64,000 bases of DNA from Reclinomonas americana ATCC 50394 (GCA_048213135.1 PS015140.1:1-64000), one strand, 5' to 3'; positions 14,001-25,021 are shown, counted from the first letter of the stretch. The notes: generated by a model from the letters alone, not told the origin. Program-made: numbers and translations.

Positions 14001-14848
14001 TGCTGCTCACCAGCAAGACGCTGTCGTTCTTGTTGCAGGCCTGCGAGACTCTTGGTACGTGCACACAAACACACACGCGCTGTGGATGGAAGGAGGCTCA
14101 CTTTCTCACGATGCGCGACAGAGATCACCACGCGCCTGCTGAAGGAGTGCTGCGTGCGTCTGGTGGAGGAGGATGCGGTGCCCATCATCTTTGCGCTGAT
14201 TCGCTCGTGCAATCGGAGCAAGCCGCATCAGGAGGTGCTGCGATTGTGCTTGAGGTGAGAAGCGAAGAGTTTATCGGCAAGACGTCACCAAATGCCGTTG
14301 CTGACTGTTTTTTCCCTTGCTTCCAGAATTCTGGTGCACGTGTCGCGCCACACCGAGTTTGTGAGTGCCGTGTATGAGTGCGAAAACAGTGTGGACACGC
14401 TGTCGGAGCTGCTGCAAATGTTCCGAGACCGCCACGAAGTCCTCAGCGACGTATTCGCCGTGCTGTTCAGCTTTGCCAGCGACGCACGCCGAGCATCGGT
14501 GAGTGCACTTGCGTGGCAATTGTTGCCTGCATTAGAGACTCACTCCCCCGCCATTCTGCGCAGGCAATCTTCCACATGAAGGACGTGATGAAGCGCCTCA
14601 ACGGCATCAAGGCCATCCTCAGCACCAAGTTCAAGGTGGAGTCGTACAAGCAACCGCGCGCTGGCACCTCAGCTGCGCCCGCCGCCTCGGCCTCCTCTGC
14701 CGGCGTGCAGTCGAGTCTCGAGCAACTGCAAGCACTCGTTGCCTTGGTGGAATCCGCGCGCCACTGGCAGCCCGAATCCGACGATGGCGATGCCTCGTCG
14801 ACCGTGTCGTCGTCGTCGTCGTCGATGCAGGATGATGGCGCGCACTGA
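2077..14848 (+). CDS. ASPM: Abnormal spindle-like microcephaly-associated protein (ASH domain, CH domains, long IQ-repeat region, C-terminal helical region); about 28 exons
   Basis: ASH-like segment (VEFANAVPGETSVQRLVLRNTG); ASPM hallmark DVGLQGHFLNLLLCYNPIWLRLGLE; CH motifs DLRDGLRLCKLIE, KDIVTGHRQRTLALLWKII and VTNFTSSFGDGKALCLLIHHYQP; PDEKVVITFVAYL; dozens of IQxxxR motifs at 8800-13900; C-terminal IRSCNRSKPH. Exons join in frame with GT-AG introns. A gap at 2431-2869 lies in intron 1. Confidence 0.95.
10060..10345 (+). repeat. Intronic (CTCACTGCCTCCTTCT)n minisatellite in ASPM
   Basis: Tandem ~16-bp units. Confidence 0.85.
13180..13685 (+). repeat. Intronic ~23-bp minisatellite (GAGAAGAAACGAACTCTCTCTCA)n in ASPM
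   Basis: Degenerate copies grade into exact copies at 13560-13640. Confidence 0.8.
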
Positions 14849-14982
14849 ATACTGAAAATGAATCGAAGTTTGAATTGCTGTATGGAGGGGCAAAGGGGGA
14901 AGACGAAGGCTGTCAAGTCCACAAGGAAAGGTGTCCTGCAAAGTGAGGACTAGCTTTTCAATCCGTCGCCATTCAGAGCAGC

Positions 14983-16074
14983 ATGTCAATCGCTCCTCAC
15001 ACGCTCCCGCACAAGTGCCTGCTCGGTCACAACAAGTCGGTGTGGTCTGTGGCCGTCACTCCCGACGGTCTGCATGCTGTGAGTGGCGGCATCGACAAGA
15101 CAGTGCGAGTGTGGTCGCTGGCGACTGGAGAACAAGTGCGGCGACTAGAGGGGCACAAGCACTGGGTAGCATGCGTCACTGTCGCACCCGATGGTCACAT
15201 TGTGAGCGGCGGTGAGGACAGGACTGTGCGTGTGTGGTCTCTCGAGAGCGGCGATGAGGTGCGACGAATGGAGGGACACACAGATTGTGTGTCATCTGTC
15301 GCCGTGTCTCCAGATGGTGTGTACCTGGCGAGTGGGAGCCATGATTTCACAGTGCGAGTGTGGTTGATGGTGAGTGGACGCGCGTTGCAGACGCTCATTG
15401 GGCACAACAGCGCCGTCTGCTCTGTGGCCTTCACTCCTGACGCGCAGCACATTGTCAGTGGTGGTACCGACGCGCGTGTGCGAGTGTGGTACGTGGAGAG
15501 TGGGGAGGAGGTGATGCGGATGGTGGGTCACACTTTAGCTGTGTTCTCGGTTGCTGTCACCGCCGACGGTCTTCATGTGGTGAGTGGGAGTGATGACAAA
15601 ACAGTGCGAGTGTGGTCGCTGGAGAGTGGGGCGGAGGAGCGACAGATGGAGGAGCACACTGGGTGGGTGCGGTCGGTGGCTGTCGTTCTCTCCAGTCCAC
15701 GCACTATGGTGAGCGGCAGCTGCGACAAGACCGTGCGAGTGTGGTGCGTGGAAAGTGGGGCGCAGCGGTGGCGGCTGAAGGGGCACACCAGTGCAGTGCG
15801 GTCGGTTGCCGTCACTCGCGATGGCCTGCACATTGTGAGTGGTGGTGAGGACTGTACGGTGCGGGTGTGGTCCACGCCGTGCGGCCTCGCGAAGGAGGAG
15901 CTGGAGTGTACTCGGGTGGCAATGCGCGTCGTGCAGGAGATGGTGAGAGAGGAGGCAGAGGAGGAGGCAGAGGATCCGCGCTGCTTGGTGGAGATTGTGC
16001 TGCGCTGCTTCTTGGTGGAGGAGGCGGAGGTGGTGGTGCATCGGTGTTTCCATGATGACCGCCTCCGACTGTGA
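14983..16074 (+). CDS. WD40 array gene 1 (7 WD40 repeats + conserved C-terminal tail), intronless
   Basis: Seven GH..V..VAVTPDG..VSG..D.TVRVW repeats, then GLAKEELEC...EDPRCLVEIVLRCFLVEEAEVVVHRCF. Confidence 0.9.
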   Translation: MSIAPHTLPHKCLLGHNKSVWSVAVTPDGLHAVSGGIDKTVRVWSLATGEQVRRLEGHKHWVACVTVAPDGHIVSGGEDRTVRVWSLESGDEVRRMEGHTDCVSSVAVSPDGVYLASGSHDFTVRVWLMVSGRALQTLIGHNSAVCSVAFTPDAQHIVSGGTDARVRVWYVESGEEVMRMVGHTLAVFSVAVTADGLHVVSGSDDKTVRVWSLESGAEERQMEEHTGWVRSVAVVLSSPRTMVSGSCDKTVRVWCVESGAQRWRLKGHTSAVRSVAVTRDGLHIVSGGEDCTVRVWSTPCGLAKEELECTRVAMRVVQEMVREEAEEEAEDPRCLVEIVLRCFLVEEAEVVVHRCFHDDRLRL

Positions 16075-16398
16075 CGAAGGAAGAAGGATGGTCTTGGCTG
16101 GCTTCATGTGAGTGTCTTTTTCTGCCTTGCACGCACGAGAGGAGAGCGAGAAACCTCGCTGCCTGGCGGAGATTGTGATGCGTTGCTTCTTGGTGGAGGA
16201 GGCCGCTCCGTTTGTTCTTCGTTTCGTGTTTCCTTTTCGCTTCTTGATGGTTTACTACTATGTATGTATGCATTAAAGCAACCAACTCACTCATTCCGAG
16301 ACGACGGAGGCAAACGTCGGCGAAGGCACAATGTCCGTGCGAAATCATTGTCACGTCAATCACGCACGCACGCAGACCGTCTTTCTCTCTCTCGCACC

Positions 16399-17475
16399 AT
16401 GTCACTGACACTCCCGCACAAGTGTCTGCGCGGGCACACCGACTATGTGTCATCCGTCGCATTCACTCCCGACGGCCAACACATCGTGAGCGGGAGTTAC
16501 GATAATACCGTGCGAGTGTGGTCGCTGGCGACTGGAGAACAAGTGCGGCGACTAGCTGGGCACGCGCACTGGGTGGCATGTGTCACTGTCACCCCCGATA
16601 GTCTCCATATTGTCAGTGGCGGTGTGGACATGACGGTGCGTGTGTGGTCTCTCGAGAGTGGCGAGGAGGTGCGACGAATGGAGGGACACACACAATGCGT
16701 GTCATCTGTCGCCGTGTCTCCGGATGGTGTGTACCTGGCGAGTGGAAGCTATGATTCCACAGTGCGAGTGTGGTCGATGGTGAGTGGACGATCGTTGAAG
16801 GCGCTCATCGGGCACAACTACGACGTCTGTTCTGTGGCCTTCACTCCCGACGCACAACACATTGTCAGTGGTGGAATAGACGGTCGTGTGCGAGTGTGGT
16901 GCGTGGAGAGCGGGGAGGAGGTGAGGCGGATGGAAGGCCACACTTTGCCGGTGCTCTCCGTTGCTGTCACCGCCGACGGTGTCCACGTCGTGAGTGGCAG
17001 CGAAGACAGAACAGTGCGACTGTGGTCGCTGGAGAGTGGGAAGGAGGAGCGACTGATGGAAGGGCACACTGGGTGGGTGTGGTCAGTCACAGCTTCTCCC
17101 AGCGGTCGACACGCATTGAGCGGAGGAAATGATGTGCGTGTGTGGTCGCTGGCGAGTGGGCAGGAGGTCCTTCGGTTGGAGGAACACGATGAGGCTGTAT
17201 CGTCTGTCGCCGCCTCTCCCGACAGTCGGCGCATTGTGAGTGGGAGCCTGGACCTCACCATCCGGGTGTGGACCACTCTGTTCGGCCTTGCGGAGGAGGA
17301 GCTGGAGAGTGCGCGGGCGGCAATGTGCATTGTGCAGGAGATGGTGAGAGAGGAGGCAGAGGAGGAGGCAGAGGATCCGCGCTGCTTGGCGGAGATTGTG
17401 ATGCGCTGCTTCTTGGTGGAGGAGGCGGAGGTGGTGATGCATCGGTGTTTCAATCATGAACGCCTCCGACTGTAA
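16399..17475 (+). CDS. WD40 array gene 2
   Basis: Start placed at the conserved MSLTLPHKCLRGH; 7 repeats + tail. Confidence 0.9.
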   Translation: MSLTLPHKCLRGHTDYVSSVAFTPDGQHIVSGSYDNTVRVWSLATGEQVRRLAGHAHWVACVTVTPDSLHIVSGGVDMTVRVWSLESGEEVRRMEGHTQCVSSVAVSPDGVYLASGSYDSTVRVWSMVSGRSLKALIGHNYDVCSVAFTPDAQHIVSGGIDGRVRVWCVESGEEVRRMEGHTLPVLSVAVTADGVHVVSGSEDRTVRLWSLESGKEERLMEGHTGWVWSVTASPSGRHALSGGNDVRVWSLASGQEVLRLEEHDEAVSSVAASPDSRRIVSGSLDLTIRVWTTLFGLAEEELESARAAMCIVQEMVREEAEEEAEDPRCLAEIVMRCFLVEEAEVVMHRCFNHERLRL

Positions 17476-18006
17476 CGAAGGAAGAAGGATTATCCTGCCA
17501 GTTCATTGTGCGTGTCTTCTTTCTGCCTTGCACGCACGAGAGGAGAGCGAGAAACCTCGCTGATGCGCTCCTTCTCTGTGTGTCAGCGACGATCGCGTCC
17601 GACTTTGGCCTGCCTTCTTTGTTTCTTGTTTCTTTCAGCTTCATGATGTTGTTGTACTTTGTACGTATAAAAGCAACCAAGTCACTCATTCCGAGACGAC
17701 GGAGGCAAACGTCGGCGAAGGCACAATGTCCGTGCGAAATCATTGTCACGTCAATCACACACGCACACAGAGCGTTCTCTCTCGCCCACGCACCCTCACA
17801 CTCCCTCTCCCTCTCCTCCCTCTCTCTCTCTCTCTCTCTCTCACACTATCGTCTACTNNNNNNNNNNNNNNNNNNNNATCCGTCGCGAAATACACTTGTT
17901 CACGTCAATACACACACGCACACAGAGCGTCTCTCTCGCCCACCGCACCCTCCACACTCCCTCCTCCCTCCTCCTCCCTCCTCTCTCTCTCTCTCTCTCT
18001 CGCACC

Positions 18007-19089
18007 ATGTCACTGACACTCCCACGCAAGTACCTGCGTGGGCACACCGGTTCCGTCTGGTCAATCGCCCTCTTCCCCGATGGCCTGCACGCTGCGACGG
18101 GAAGCCTGGATATGACCGTGCGAGTGTGGTTGCTGGCGAGTGGCGAAGAAGTGCGACGATTTGAGGGGCACACGGAATGGGTGGCGTGCGTAGCAGTTGC
18201 TGCCGATGGTCAGCACGTGGTGAGTGGGGCATACGACGATACAGTACGAGTGTGGCCACTGGCGGATGGAGAGCAAGTGCGAGTGCTGAAGGGACACACT
18301 GATGCGGTGTGGGCTGTCGCGATCACTCCCGATAGCCAGTACATTGTGAGTGGGAGCGCGGATGACACCGTGCGCGTGTGGTCACTGGCGAGCGGTGAGC
18401 AACTGAGACTGTTGGAGGGACACACTGTGTGGGTGAACGCTGTCACTGTCACTCCCGATGGACAACTCGTTGTGAGTGGCAGCACCGACACCACTTTGCG
18501 TTTGTGGTCTGCGGCAAGCGGAGAACAAGTGCGGCAACTGGAGGGCCACAGTGCCATGGTGTCGTCCATTGCTGTCACCCCCGATGGCCGGCACATTGTC
18601 AGTGGCAGTCGCGACGAAACAGTGCGCGTGTGGTGCACGGAGAGCGGAGAGGAAGTGCGACGGATGGAAGGGCACAGCGAATGGGTGCAGTCTGTTGCCG
18701 TCACTCCCGATGGTCAGCACATTATCAGCGGGGGTGACGACAAGACCGTGCGCGTGTGGTCGCTGGCGAGCGGGGAGGAATTGTGGCGATTGGAGAAGCA
18801 TGTTGGAAACGTGCGATGCGCTGTTGTCAGTCTCGACGGCCAGTACATTGTGTGCAGCAGTGAGGAGAATACGGTGCAGATGTGGTTCACGCCGTGCGGC
18901 CTCGCAAAGGAGGAGCTGGAGTGTGCGCGGGTGGCAATGTGTGCAGTGCAGGAGATGGTGAGAGAGGAGGCAGAGGAGGAGGCAGAGGATCCGCGCTGCC
19001 TGGTGGAGATTGTGATGCGCTGCTTCTTGGTTGAGGAGGCGGAGGTGATGGTGCGTCGGTGTTTCAATGATGACCGCCTCCGGTTGTGA
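18007..19089 (+). CDS. WD40 array gene 3
   Basis: MSLTLPRKYLRGH start; 7 repeats + tail. Confidence 0.9.
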   Translation: MSLTLPRKYLRGHTGSVWSIALFPDGLHAATGSLDMTVRVWLLASGEEVRRFEGHTEWVACVAVAADGQHVVSGAYDDTVRVWPLADGEQVRVLKGHTDAVWAVAITPDSQYIVSGSADDTVRVWSLASGEQLRLLEGHTVWVNAVTVTPDGQLVVSGSTDTTLRLWSAASGEQVRQLEGHSAMVSSIAVTPDGRHIVSGSRDETVRVWCTESGEEVRRMEGHSEWVQSVAVTPDGQHIISGGDDKTVRVWSLASGEELWRLEKHVGNVRCAVVSLDGQYIVCSSEENTVQMWFTPCGLAKEELECARVAMCAVQEMVREEAEEEAEDPRCLVEIVMRCFLVEEAEVMVRRCFNDDRLRL

Positions 19090-19479
19090 CGTGGGAAGAA
19101 GGATGGTTTTGGCTATTCATTGTGCGTGTCTACTTTCTGTCTTGCACGCACAAGAGGGGGGCGAGGAATCTCACAGCCTTGGCGGAGATGGTGCTGCGCT
19201 GTTTCTTGGTGGAGGAGGCGACGTCGAGGATTGTCTTGCAGAAGTGTTTCCATGATGGCGGCCTCCGCTTGCGACCAACGAAGAAGAAAGGTGGTGGCTG
19301 CAGTTCTCTTCTGCGCGCGGCAGAGTTTCTGCTGTTTTGTTTGCATTAAACAACCAGGAAATGCAGTGCCTCCTCATTTCGATAAACGTCGGGCGGTATG
19401 TCCTTATCATCTACCACCACACGCTCGGAGAATTCCGTTTCTCTCTCTTTGCTCTCTCCCTCTCTTATACACACACGTC

Positions 19480-20565
19480 ATGTCACTGACGCTCCCGCAC
19501 AAGTGCCTGCTCGGTCACAACAGTTCGGTGTGGTGTGTGGCTGTCACTCCCGACGGTTTGCATGCTGTGAGTGGCAGCATCGACAAGACAGTGCGAGTGT
19601 GGTCGCTGGCGACTGGAGAAGAAGTGCGGCGACTGGAGGGACACAAGCACTGGGTAGCATGCGTCACTGTTACTCCCGATGGTCTCCACATTGTGAGTGG
19701 CGGCGTGGACAGGACTGTGCGTGTGTGGTCTCTCGAGAGTGGCGAGGAGGTGCGGCGATTGGAGGGACACACAGATTGTGTGTCATCTGTCGCCGTGTCT
19801 CCCGATGGTGTGTACTTGGCGAGTGGAAGTCACGATTCCACAGTGCATGTGTGGTCGATGGTGAATGGGCGATCGTTGAAGGCACTCATTGGACACACCG
19901 ACGCCGTCTGTTCTGTGGCCTTCACTCCCGACGCGCAACACATTGTCAGCGGTGGCGCAGACGCGCGTGTGCGAGTGTGGTGCGTGGAGAGTGGGGAGGA
20001 GGTGAGGCGGATGGTGGGTCACGCTTCGCCGGTGCTCGCCGTTGCTGTCACCGCCGACGGCGTCCACGTCGTGAGTGGGAGTGATGACAAGACAGTGCGA
20101 GTGTGGTCGTTGGAGAGTGGGGCGGAGAAGCGACTGATAAAGGAACACACTGGGTGGGTGTGGTCGGTGGCTGGCACTCCCTCCAGTCCAAGCACTATGG
20201 TGAGCGGCAGCTGGGACAAGACCGTGCGAGTGTGGTGCTTGGAAAGTGGGGCGGAGCGGTGGCGACTGGAGGGGCACGTCTGTGCAGTGCGGTCTGTTGC
20301 CGTCACTCGCGACGGTCTGCACATTGTGAGTGGTGGTGAGGACTGTGCGGTGCGGGTGTGGTCCACGCCGTGCGCTCTGGCTCGGCAGGAGCTGGAGTGT
20401 GCACGGGCGGCAATGTGCATTGTGCAGGAAATGGTGAGAGAGGAGGCAGAGGAGGAGAGCGAGGATCCGCGCTGCTTGGTGGAGATTGTGATGCGCTGCT
20501 TCTTGGTGGAGGAGGCGGAGGTGTTGGTGCATCGGTGTTTCCATGATGACCGCCTCCGACTGTGA
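19480..20565 (+). CDS. WD40 array gene 4
   Basis: MSLTLPHKCLLGH start; close paralog of genes 1 and 5. Confidence 0.9.
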   Translation: MSLTLPHKCLLGHNSSVWCVAVTPDGLHAVSGSIDKTVRVWSLATGEEVRRLEGHKHWVACVTVTPDGLHIVSGGVDRTVRVWSLESGEEVRRLEGHTDCVSSVAVSPDGVYLASGSHDSTVHVWSMVNGRSLKALIGHTDAVCSVAFTPDAQHIVSGGADARVRVWCVESGEEVRRMVGHASPVLAVAVTADGVHVVSGSDDKTVRVWSLESGAEKRLIKEHTGWVWSVAGTPSSPSTMVSGSWDKTVRVWCLESGAERWRLEGHVCAVRSVAVTRDGLHIVSGGEDCAVRVWSTPCALARQELECARAAMCIVQEMVREEAEEESEDPRCLVEIVMRCFLVEEAEVLVHRCFHDDRLRL

Positions 20566-20920
20566 CTTGGGAAGAAGGATGGTTTTGGCTATTCATTGTG
20601 CGTGTCTACTTTCTGTCTTGCACGCACAAGAGGGGGGCGAGGAATCTCACAGCCTTGGCGGAGATGGTGCTGCGCTGCTTCTTGGTCGAGGAGGCGGAAG
20701 TTGTCTTGCAGCAATGTTTCAATGATGGCGGCCTCCGATTGTGACGAAGGATGAAGAATGGTGGTGGCTGCAGTTCTCTTCTGCGCACGACAGAGTTGCT
20801 GCTGTTCTGTTTGCATTAATGTGAGATAAACGTCGGGCGGTATGTCCTTATCATCTACCACGCGCTCGGAGAATTCCGTTTCACTCTCTTTGCTCTCGCC
20901 CTCTCTTATACACACACGTC

Positions 20921-22006
20921 ATGTCACTGACGCTCCCGCACAAGTGCCTGCTCGGTCACAACAAGTCGGTGTGGTGTGTGGCCGTCACTCCAGACGGTCT
21001 GCATGCTGTGAGTGGCGGCATCGACAAGACAGTGCGAGTGTGGTCACTGGCGACTGGAGAAGAAGTGCGGCGACTAGAGGGACACGCGCACTGGGTAGCA
21101 TGCGTCACTGTCGCACACGATGGTCTTCACATTGTGAGTGGCGGTGTGGACAGGACTGTGCGTGTGTGGTCTCTCGAGAGTGGCGAGGAGGTGCGACGAA
21201 TGGAGGGACACACAGATTGTGTGTCATCTGTCGCCGTGTCTCCCGATGGTGTGTACTTGGCGAGTGGGAGCCACGATTTCACAGTGCGAGTGTGGTTGAT
21301 GGTGAGTGGACGCGCGTTGCAGACGCTCATTGGGCACAACAGCGCCGTCAGTTCTGTGGCCTTCACTCCCGACGCACAGCACATTGTCAGCGGTGGTGCA
21401 GACGCGCGTGTGCGAGTGTGGTGCGTGGAGAGCGGAGTGGAGGTGAGGCGCATTCATGGCCACACTTCGCCGGTGCTCGCCGTAGCTGTCACTGCCGACG
21501 GCATCCACGTCGTGAGCGGGAGTTATGACAAGACAGTGCGAGTGTGGTCGCTGGAGAGTGGGAAGGAGGAGCGACGGATGGAGGAGCACACTGCTTGGGT
21601 GTGGTCGGTGGCTGTCGTTCCCTCCAGTCCACGCACTATGGTGAGCGGCAGCTGGGACAAGACTGTGCGAGTGTGGTGTGTGGAAAGTGGGGCGGAGCGG
21701 TGGCGACTAGAGGGGCACACCAGTGCAGTGCGGTCGGTTGCCGTCACTCGCGATGGCCTGCACATTGTGAGTGGTGGTGAGGACTGTGCGGTGCGGGTGT
21801 GGTCCACGCCATGCGGCCTCGCGAAGGAGGAGCTGGAGTGTGCTCGGGCGGCAATGTGCATTGTACAAGAGATGCTGCGAGAGGAGGCAGAGGAGGAGGC
21901 AGAGGATCCGCGCTGCTTGGTGGAGATTGTGCTGCGCTGCTTCTTGGTGGAGGAGGCGGAGATGGTGGTGCATCGGTGTTTCAATGATGACCTCCTCCGG
22001 TTGTGA
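20921..22006 (+). CDS. WD40 array gene 5
   Basis: MSLTLPHKCLLGH start; close paralog of genes 1 and 4. Confidence 0.9.
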   Translation: MSLTLPHKCLLGHNKSVWCVAVTPDGLHAVSGGIDKTVRVWSLATGEEVRRLEGHAHWVACVTVAHDGLHIVSGGVDRTVRVWSLESGEEVRRMEGHTDCVSSVAVSPDGVYLASGSHDFTVRVWLMVSGRALQTLIGHNSAVSSVAFTPDAQHIVSGGADARVRVWCVESGVEVRRIHGHTSPVLAVAVTADGIHVVSGSYDKTVRVWSLESGKEERRMEEHTAWVWSVAVVPSSPRTMVSGSWDKTVRVWCVESGAERWRLEGHTSAVRSVAVTRDGLHIVSGGEDCAVRVWSTPCGLAKEELECARAAMCIVQEMLREEAEEEAEDPRCLVEIVLRCFLVEEAEMVVHRCFNDDLLRL

Positions 22007-22069
22007 CGTGGGAAGAAGGATTATCTTGGCTGGTTTCATTGTACGTGTCTTCTTTCTGCCTTGCACGCA

Positions 22070-22450
22070 CGAGAGGAGAGCGAGAATCCTCGCTGCCTGG
22101 CGGTCTTGATCGAGGAGGTGCATCGGTGTTTTGCTGACGATCGTCTCCGGTTGTGACGAAGGAAGAAGGATGGTCTTGGCTGTTCATTGTACGTATTTTC
22201 TTTCTGCCGTGCACGCACGAGAGGAGAGCGAGGAGCTTCGCAGCCTGGCGGAGATCGTGCTGCGCTGGTTCTTGGTGGAGGATGCGGACGTGATGGTGCA
22301 ACGGTGTTTTGCTGACGATCGCATCCGACTGTGACGTGGGAAGAAGGATGGAGTTGAGCGTGTCTTCTTTCTGCCTTGCACACACGAGAGGAGTGCGAGA
22401 AACCTCGCTGATGCGCTGCTTCTCTGTGTTTCAGCGACGATCGCCACCGA
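22070..22450 (+). pseudogene. Serial degenerate duplicates of the WD40-gene tail plus 3'UTR (also at about 16137-16202, 17536-17570, 19150-19272 and 20628-20744)
   Basis: Intergenic copies translate as REESEELRSLAEIVLRWFLVEDADVMVQRCFADDRIRL* and similar; the more complete copies are followed by the same GGAAGAAGGAT-type 3'UTR start. Confidence 0.75.
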
Positions 22451-22657
22451 CTGTGACCTGCCCCTTCTTTATTTCGTGTTTTCTTTCAGCTTCATGATGG
22501 TGTACTACTTTGTAATAAAGCAACCAAGTCACTCATTCCGATACGACGCAGGCAAACGTCGGCGAAGGCGCAGTGTCCTTGTGAAACCGACGTCAATCAC
22601 GCACGCACTCCCTCTCCCTCTCCTCACTATCTCTCTCTCTCTCCTCACTCTCCCGCC

Positions 22658-23710
22658 ATGTCACTGACACTCCCTCACAAATGCCTGCGCGGGCACACCG
22701 ACTTTGTGTCGTCCGTCGCATTCACTCCCAACGGCCAGCACATCGTGAGCGGGAGTTCAGATGAAACCGTCCGAGTGTGGTCTGTGGTTAGCTGTGAGCA
22801 AGTGCGAGTGCTGGAGGGACATGACGGCGGGGTGACTTCTGTGGCCGTCACTCCTGACGGTCAACACGCTGTCAGCGGAGGCATGGACAAGACAGTGCGT
22901 ATGTGGTCACTGGCGAGCGGCGAGCAAGTGCGACGGTTTGATGGGCACAGTGGGGAGGTGTGGTCTGTCGCCGTCACTCCGGACGGGCAGCATGTGGTGA
23001 GCGCGAGTGACGATCACACGGTGCGAGTGTGGTCTGTGGCGAGTGGTGATGAGGTGCGCCGGTTGGAGGCACACGGTCGGCAGGTCTATTCTGTCGCTGT
23101 CGCTCCCACTGGCGAGTACATTGTGAGCGGGCACCACGACAACACCGTTCGCGTGTGGTCGCTGGCGAGCGGAGAGGAGGTGCGACGGTTGAAGGGGCAC
23201 ACTGAGTGGGTGCAATCGGTTGCCGTCACCCCCGATGGTCTCCACGTGGTGAGTGGCGGCGAAGACAAGGCGCTGCGAGTGTGGTCACTGGCGAGCGGGG
23301 AGGAGATGTGGCGGATGGAGGGGCACACAAGAACGGTGTATTCGGTCGCCGTCACACCGAGCGGTCGACACGCTCTGAGTGGAGGAAACGACGAGACGGC
23401 GCGTGTGTGGTCGCTGGCGACTGGCAAGGAAGTGTATCGGCTGGAGGGACACGATGAGGCGGTGTCGTCTGTTGCCGCCTCTCCCGACAGTCGGCGCATT
23501 GTGAGTGGGAGCCTGGACCTGACCATCCGGGTGTGGACCACTCCGTGCGGTCTCGCGGAGGAGGAGCTGGAGTGTGTGCGGGCGGCAATGTGCATTGTGC
23601 AGGAAATGGTGAGAGAGGAGGCAGAGGATCCGCGCTGCTTGGTGGAGATTGTGATGCGGTGCTTCTTGGTTGAGGAGGCGGAGGTGGTGCTGCATCGATC
23701 GGTGTTGTAG
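22658..23710 (+). CDS. WD40 array gene 6
   Basis: MSLTLPHKCLRGH start; 7 repeats; tail slightly shortened, ending HRSVL. Confidence 0.9.
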   Translation: MSLTLPHKCLRGHTDFVSSVAFTPNGQHIVSGSSDETVRVWSVVSCEQVRVLEGHDGGVTSVAVTPDGQHAVSGGMDKTVRMWSLASGEQVRRFDGHSGEVWSVAVTPDGQHVVSASDDHTVRVWSVASGDEVRRLEAHGRQVYSVAVAPTGEYIVSGHHDNTVRVWSLASGEEVRRLKGHTEWVQSVAVTPDGLHVVSGGEDKALRVWSLASGEEMWRMEGHTRTVYSVAVTPSGRHALSGGNDETARVWSLATGKEVYRLEGHDEAVSSVAASPDSRRIVSGSLDLTIRVWTTPCGLAEEELECVRAAMCIVQEMVREEAEDPRCLVEIVMRCFLVEEAEVVLHRSVL

Positions 23711-23962
23711 TGATCGCTTGTAACTTGAGTTCTGTGTGTCTATTCTTTGCCTATTGACGGTGTCCAACTTGCACTGTATGAATTAAAGCAACCACGTTAT
23801 CTTTGTTGAGACAAGCACAGAAGTTGAGTCCGTCGTCGAAGGCCCGAAAACATTGCTTTTTGTCCTCGACATCATCCATTGAACACGCACCGTCTCTCCC
23901 TCTCCCTCTCCCTCTCCCTCATTCGCTCTCTCTCTCTCTCTCTCTCCTCAATCTCTCACAAC

Positions 23963-25021
23963 ATGTCGTTCACTCTGCCACACAAGTGGCTGAGCGAGCA
24001 CACAAGAGCCTGGCACACCGGCTATGTGATGTGTGTCGCATTCACTCCCAATGGCCAGCACATCATAAGTGGGAGTTGTGATACCACCGTGCGCGTGTGG
24101 TCTGTGACGAGTGGACAAGAAGTGCAACAGATGAAGGGACACGCCAACCAGGTTTTTTCTGTCGCCGTCACTCCCGACTGTCGGCATGTGGTGAGTGGCA
24201 GTAAGGACACAACAGTGCGATTGTGGTCACTGGCGAGTGGGAAGGAGGTACGACGGATGGAGGGACACAGTGATGCGGTGTGGTCTGTCGCTGTCACCCC
24301 GGACGGGCAGCATGTGGTGAGCGGGGGCGATGATCACACAGTACGAGTGTGGTCTGTGGCGAGTGGTGACGAAGTGCGTCGGCTGGAGGGACACACAGAA
24401 ACAGTGTGGTGTGTCGCCGTCGCTCCTGACGGTGAGCATGTGCTCAGTGGGAGCGCTGACATGACAGTGCGCATGTGGTCGCTGGCAAGTGGCGAGGAAG
24501 TGCGACGGCTGGAAGGGCACACTGGATGGGTGATATCTGTCGCCGTTACTCCCGATGGTCTCCACGCGGTGAGTGGCGGTGACGACAGCACTGTGCGAGT
24601 GTGGTCGATGGTGACCGGGGAAGAGGTGCGACGAATGAGGGGACCCTTCGATACAGTGAATAGTGTCGCCGTCACTCCCGATGGTCAGCACGTTGTCAGT
24701 GGAGGAGACGATTTCACTGTGCGTGTGCGGTCGCTGGCGAGTGGGCAGGAAGTGCGACGGTTGGAGGGCGACATTTGTGCCGTCTCTCCCGATGGTCAGC
24801 ATATTGTCTATGCGTGCAAGGACGCGATCCGAGTGTGGTCCACGCCGAGAGGCCTGGCTCGACAGGAGCTGGAGTGTGCGTGCTCAGCCATGCATGTGGT
24901 GCAGGAAATGCAGAGCGACAACCCGCGCTGCCTGGTCGAGATTGTGATGCGGTGCTTCTTGGTTGAGGAGGCGGAGGTGGTGGTGCATCGGTGTTTCAAC
25001 GAGGACCGCCTCCGCTGGTGA
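23963..25021 (+). CDS. WD40 array gene 7
   Basis: MSFTLPHKWL start; seventh repeat partly deleted; tail present. Confidence 0.85.
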   Translation: MSFTLPHKWLSEHTRAWHTGYVMCVAFTPNGQHIISGSCDTTVRVWSVTSGQEVQQMKGHANQVFSVAVTPDCRHVVSGSKDTTVRLWSLASGKEVRRMEGHSDAVWSVAVTPDGQHVVSGGDDHTVRVWSVASGDEVRRLEGHTETVWCVAVAPDGEHVLSGSADMTVRMWSLASGEEVRRLEGHTGWVISVAVTPDGLHAVSGGDDSTVRVWSMVTGEEVRRMRGPFDTVNSVAVTPDGQHVVSGGDDFTVRVRSLASGQEVRRLEGDICAVSPDGQHIVYACKDAIRVWSTPRGLARQELECACSAMHVVQEMQSDNPRCLVEIVMRCFLVEEAEVVVHRCFNEDRLRW

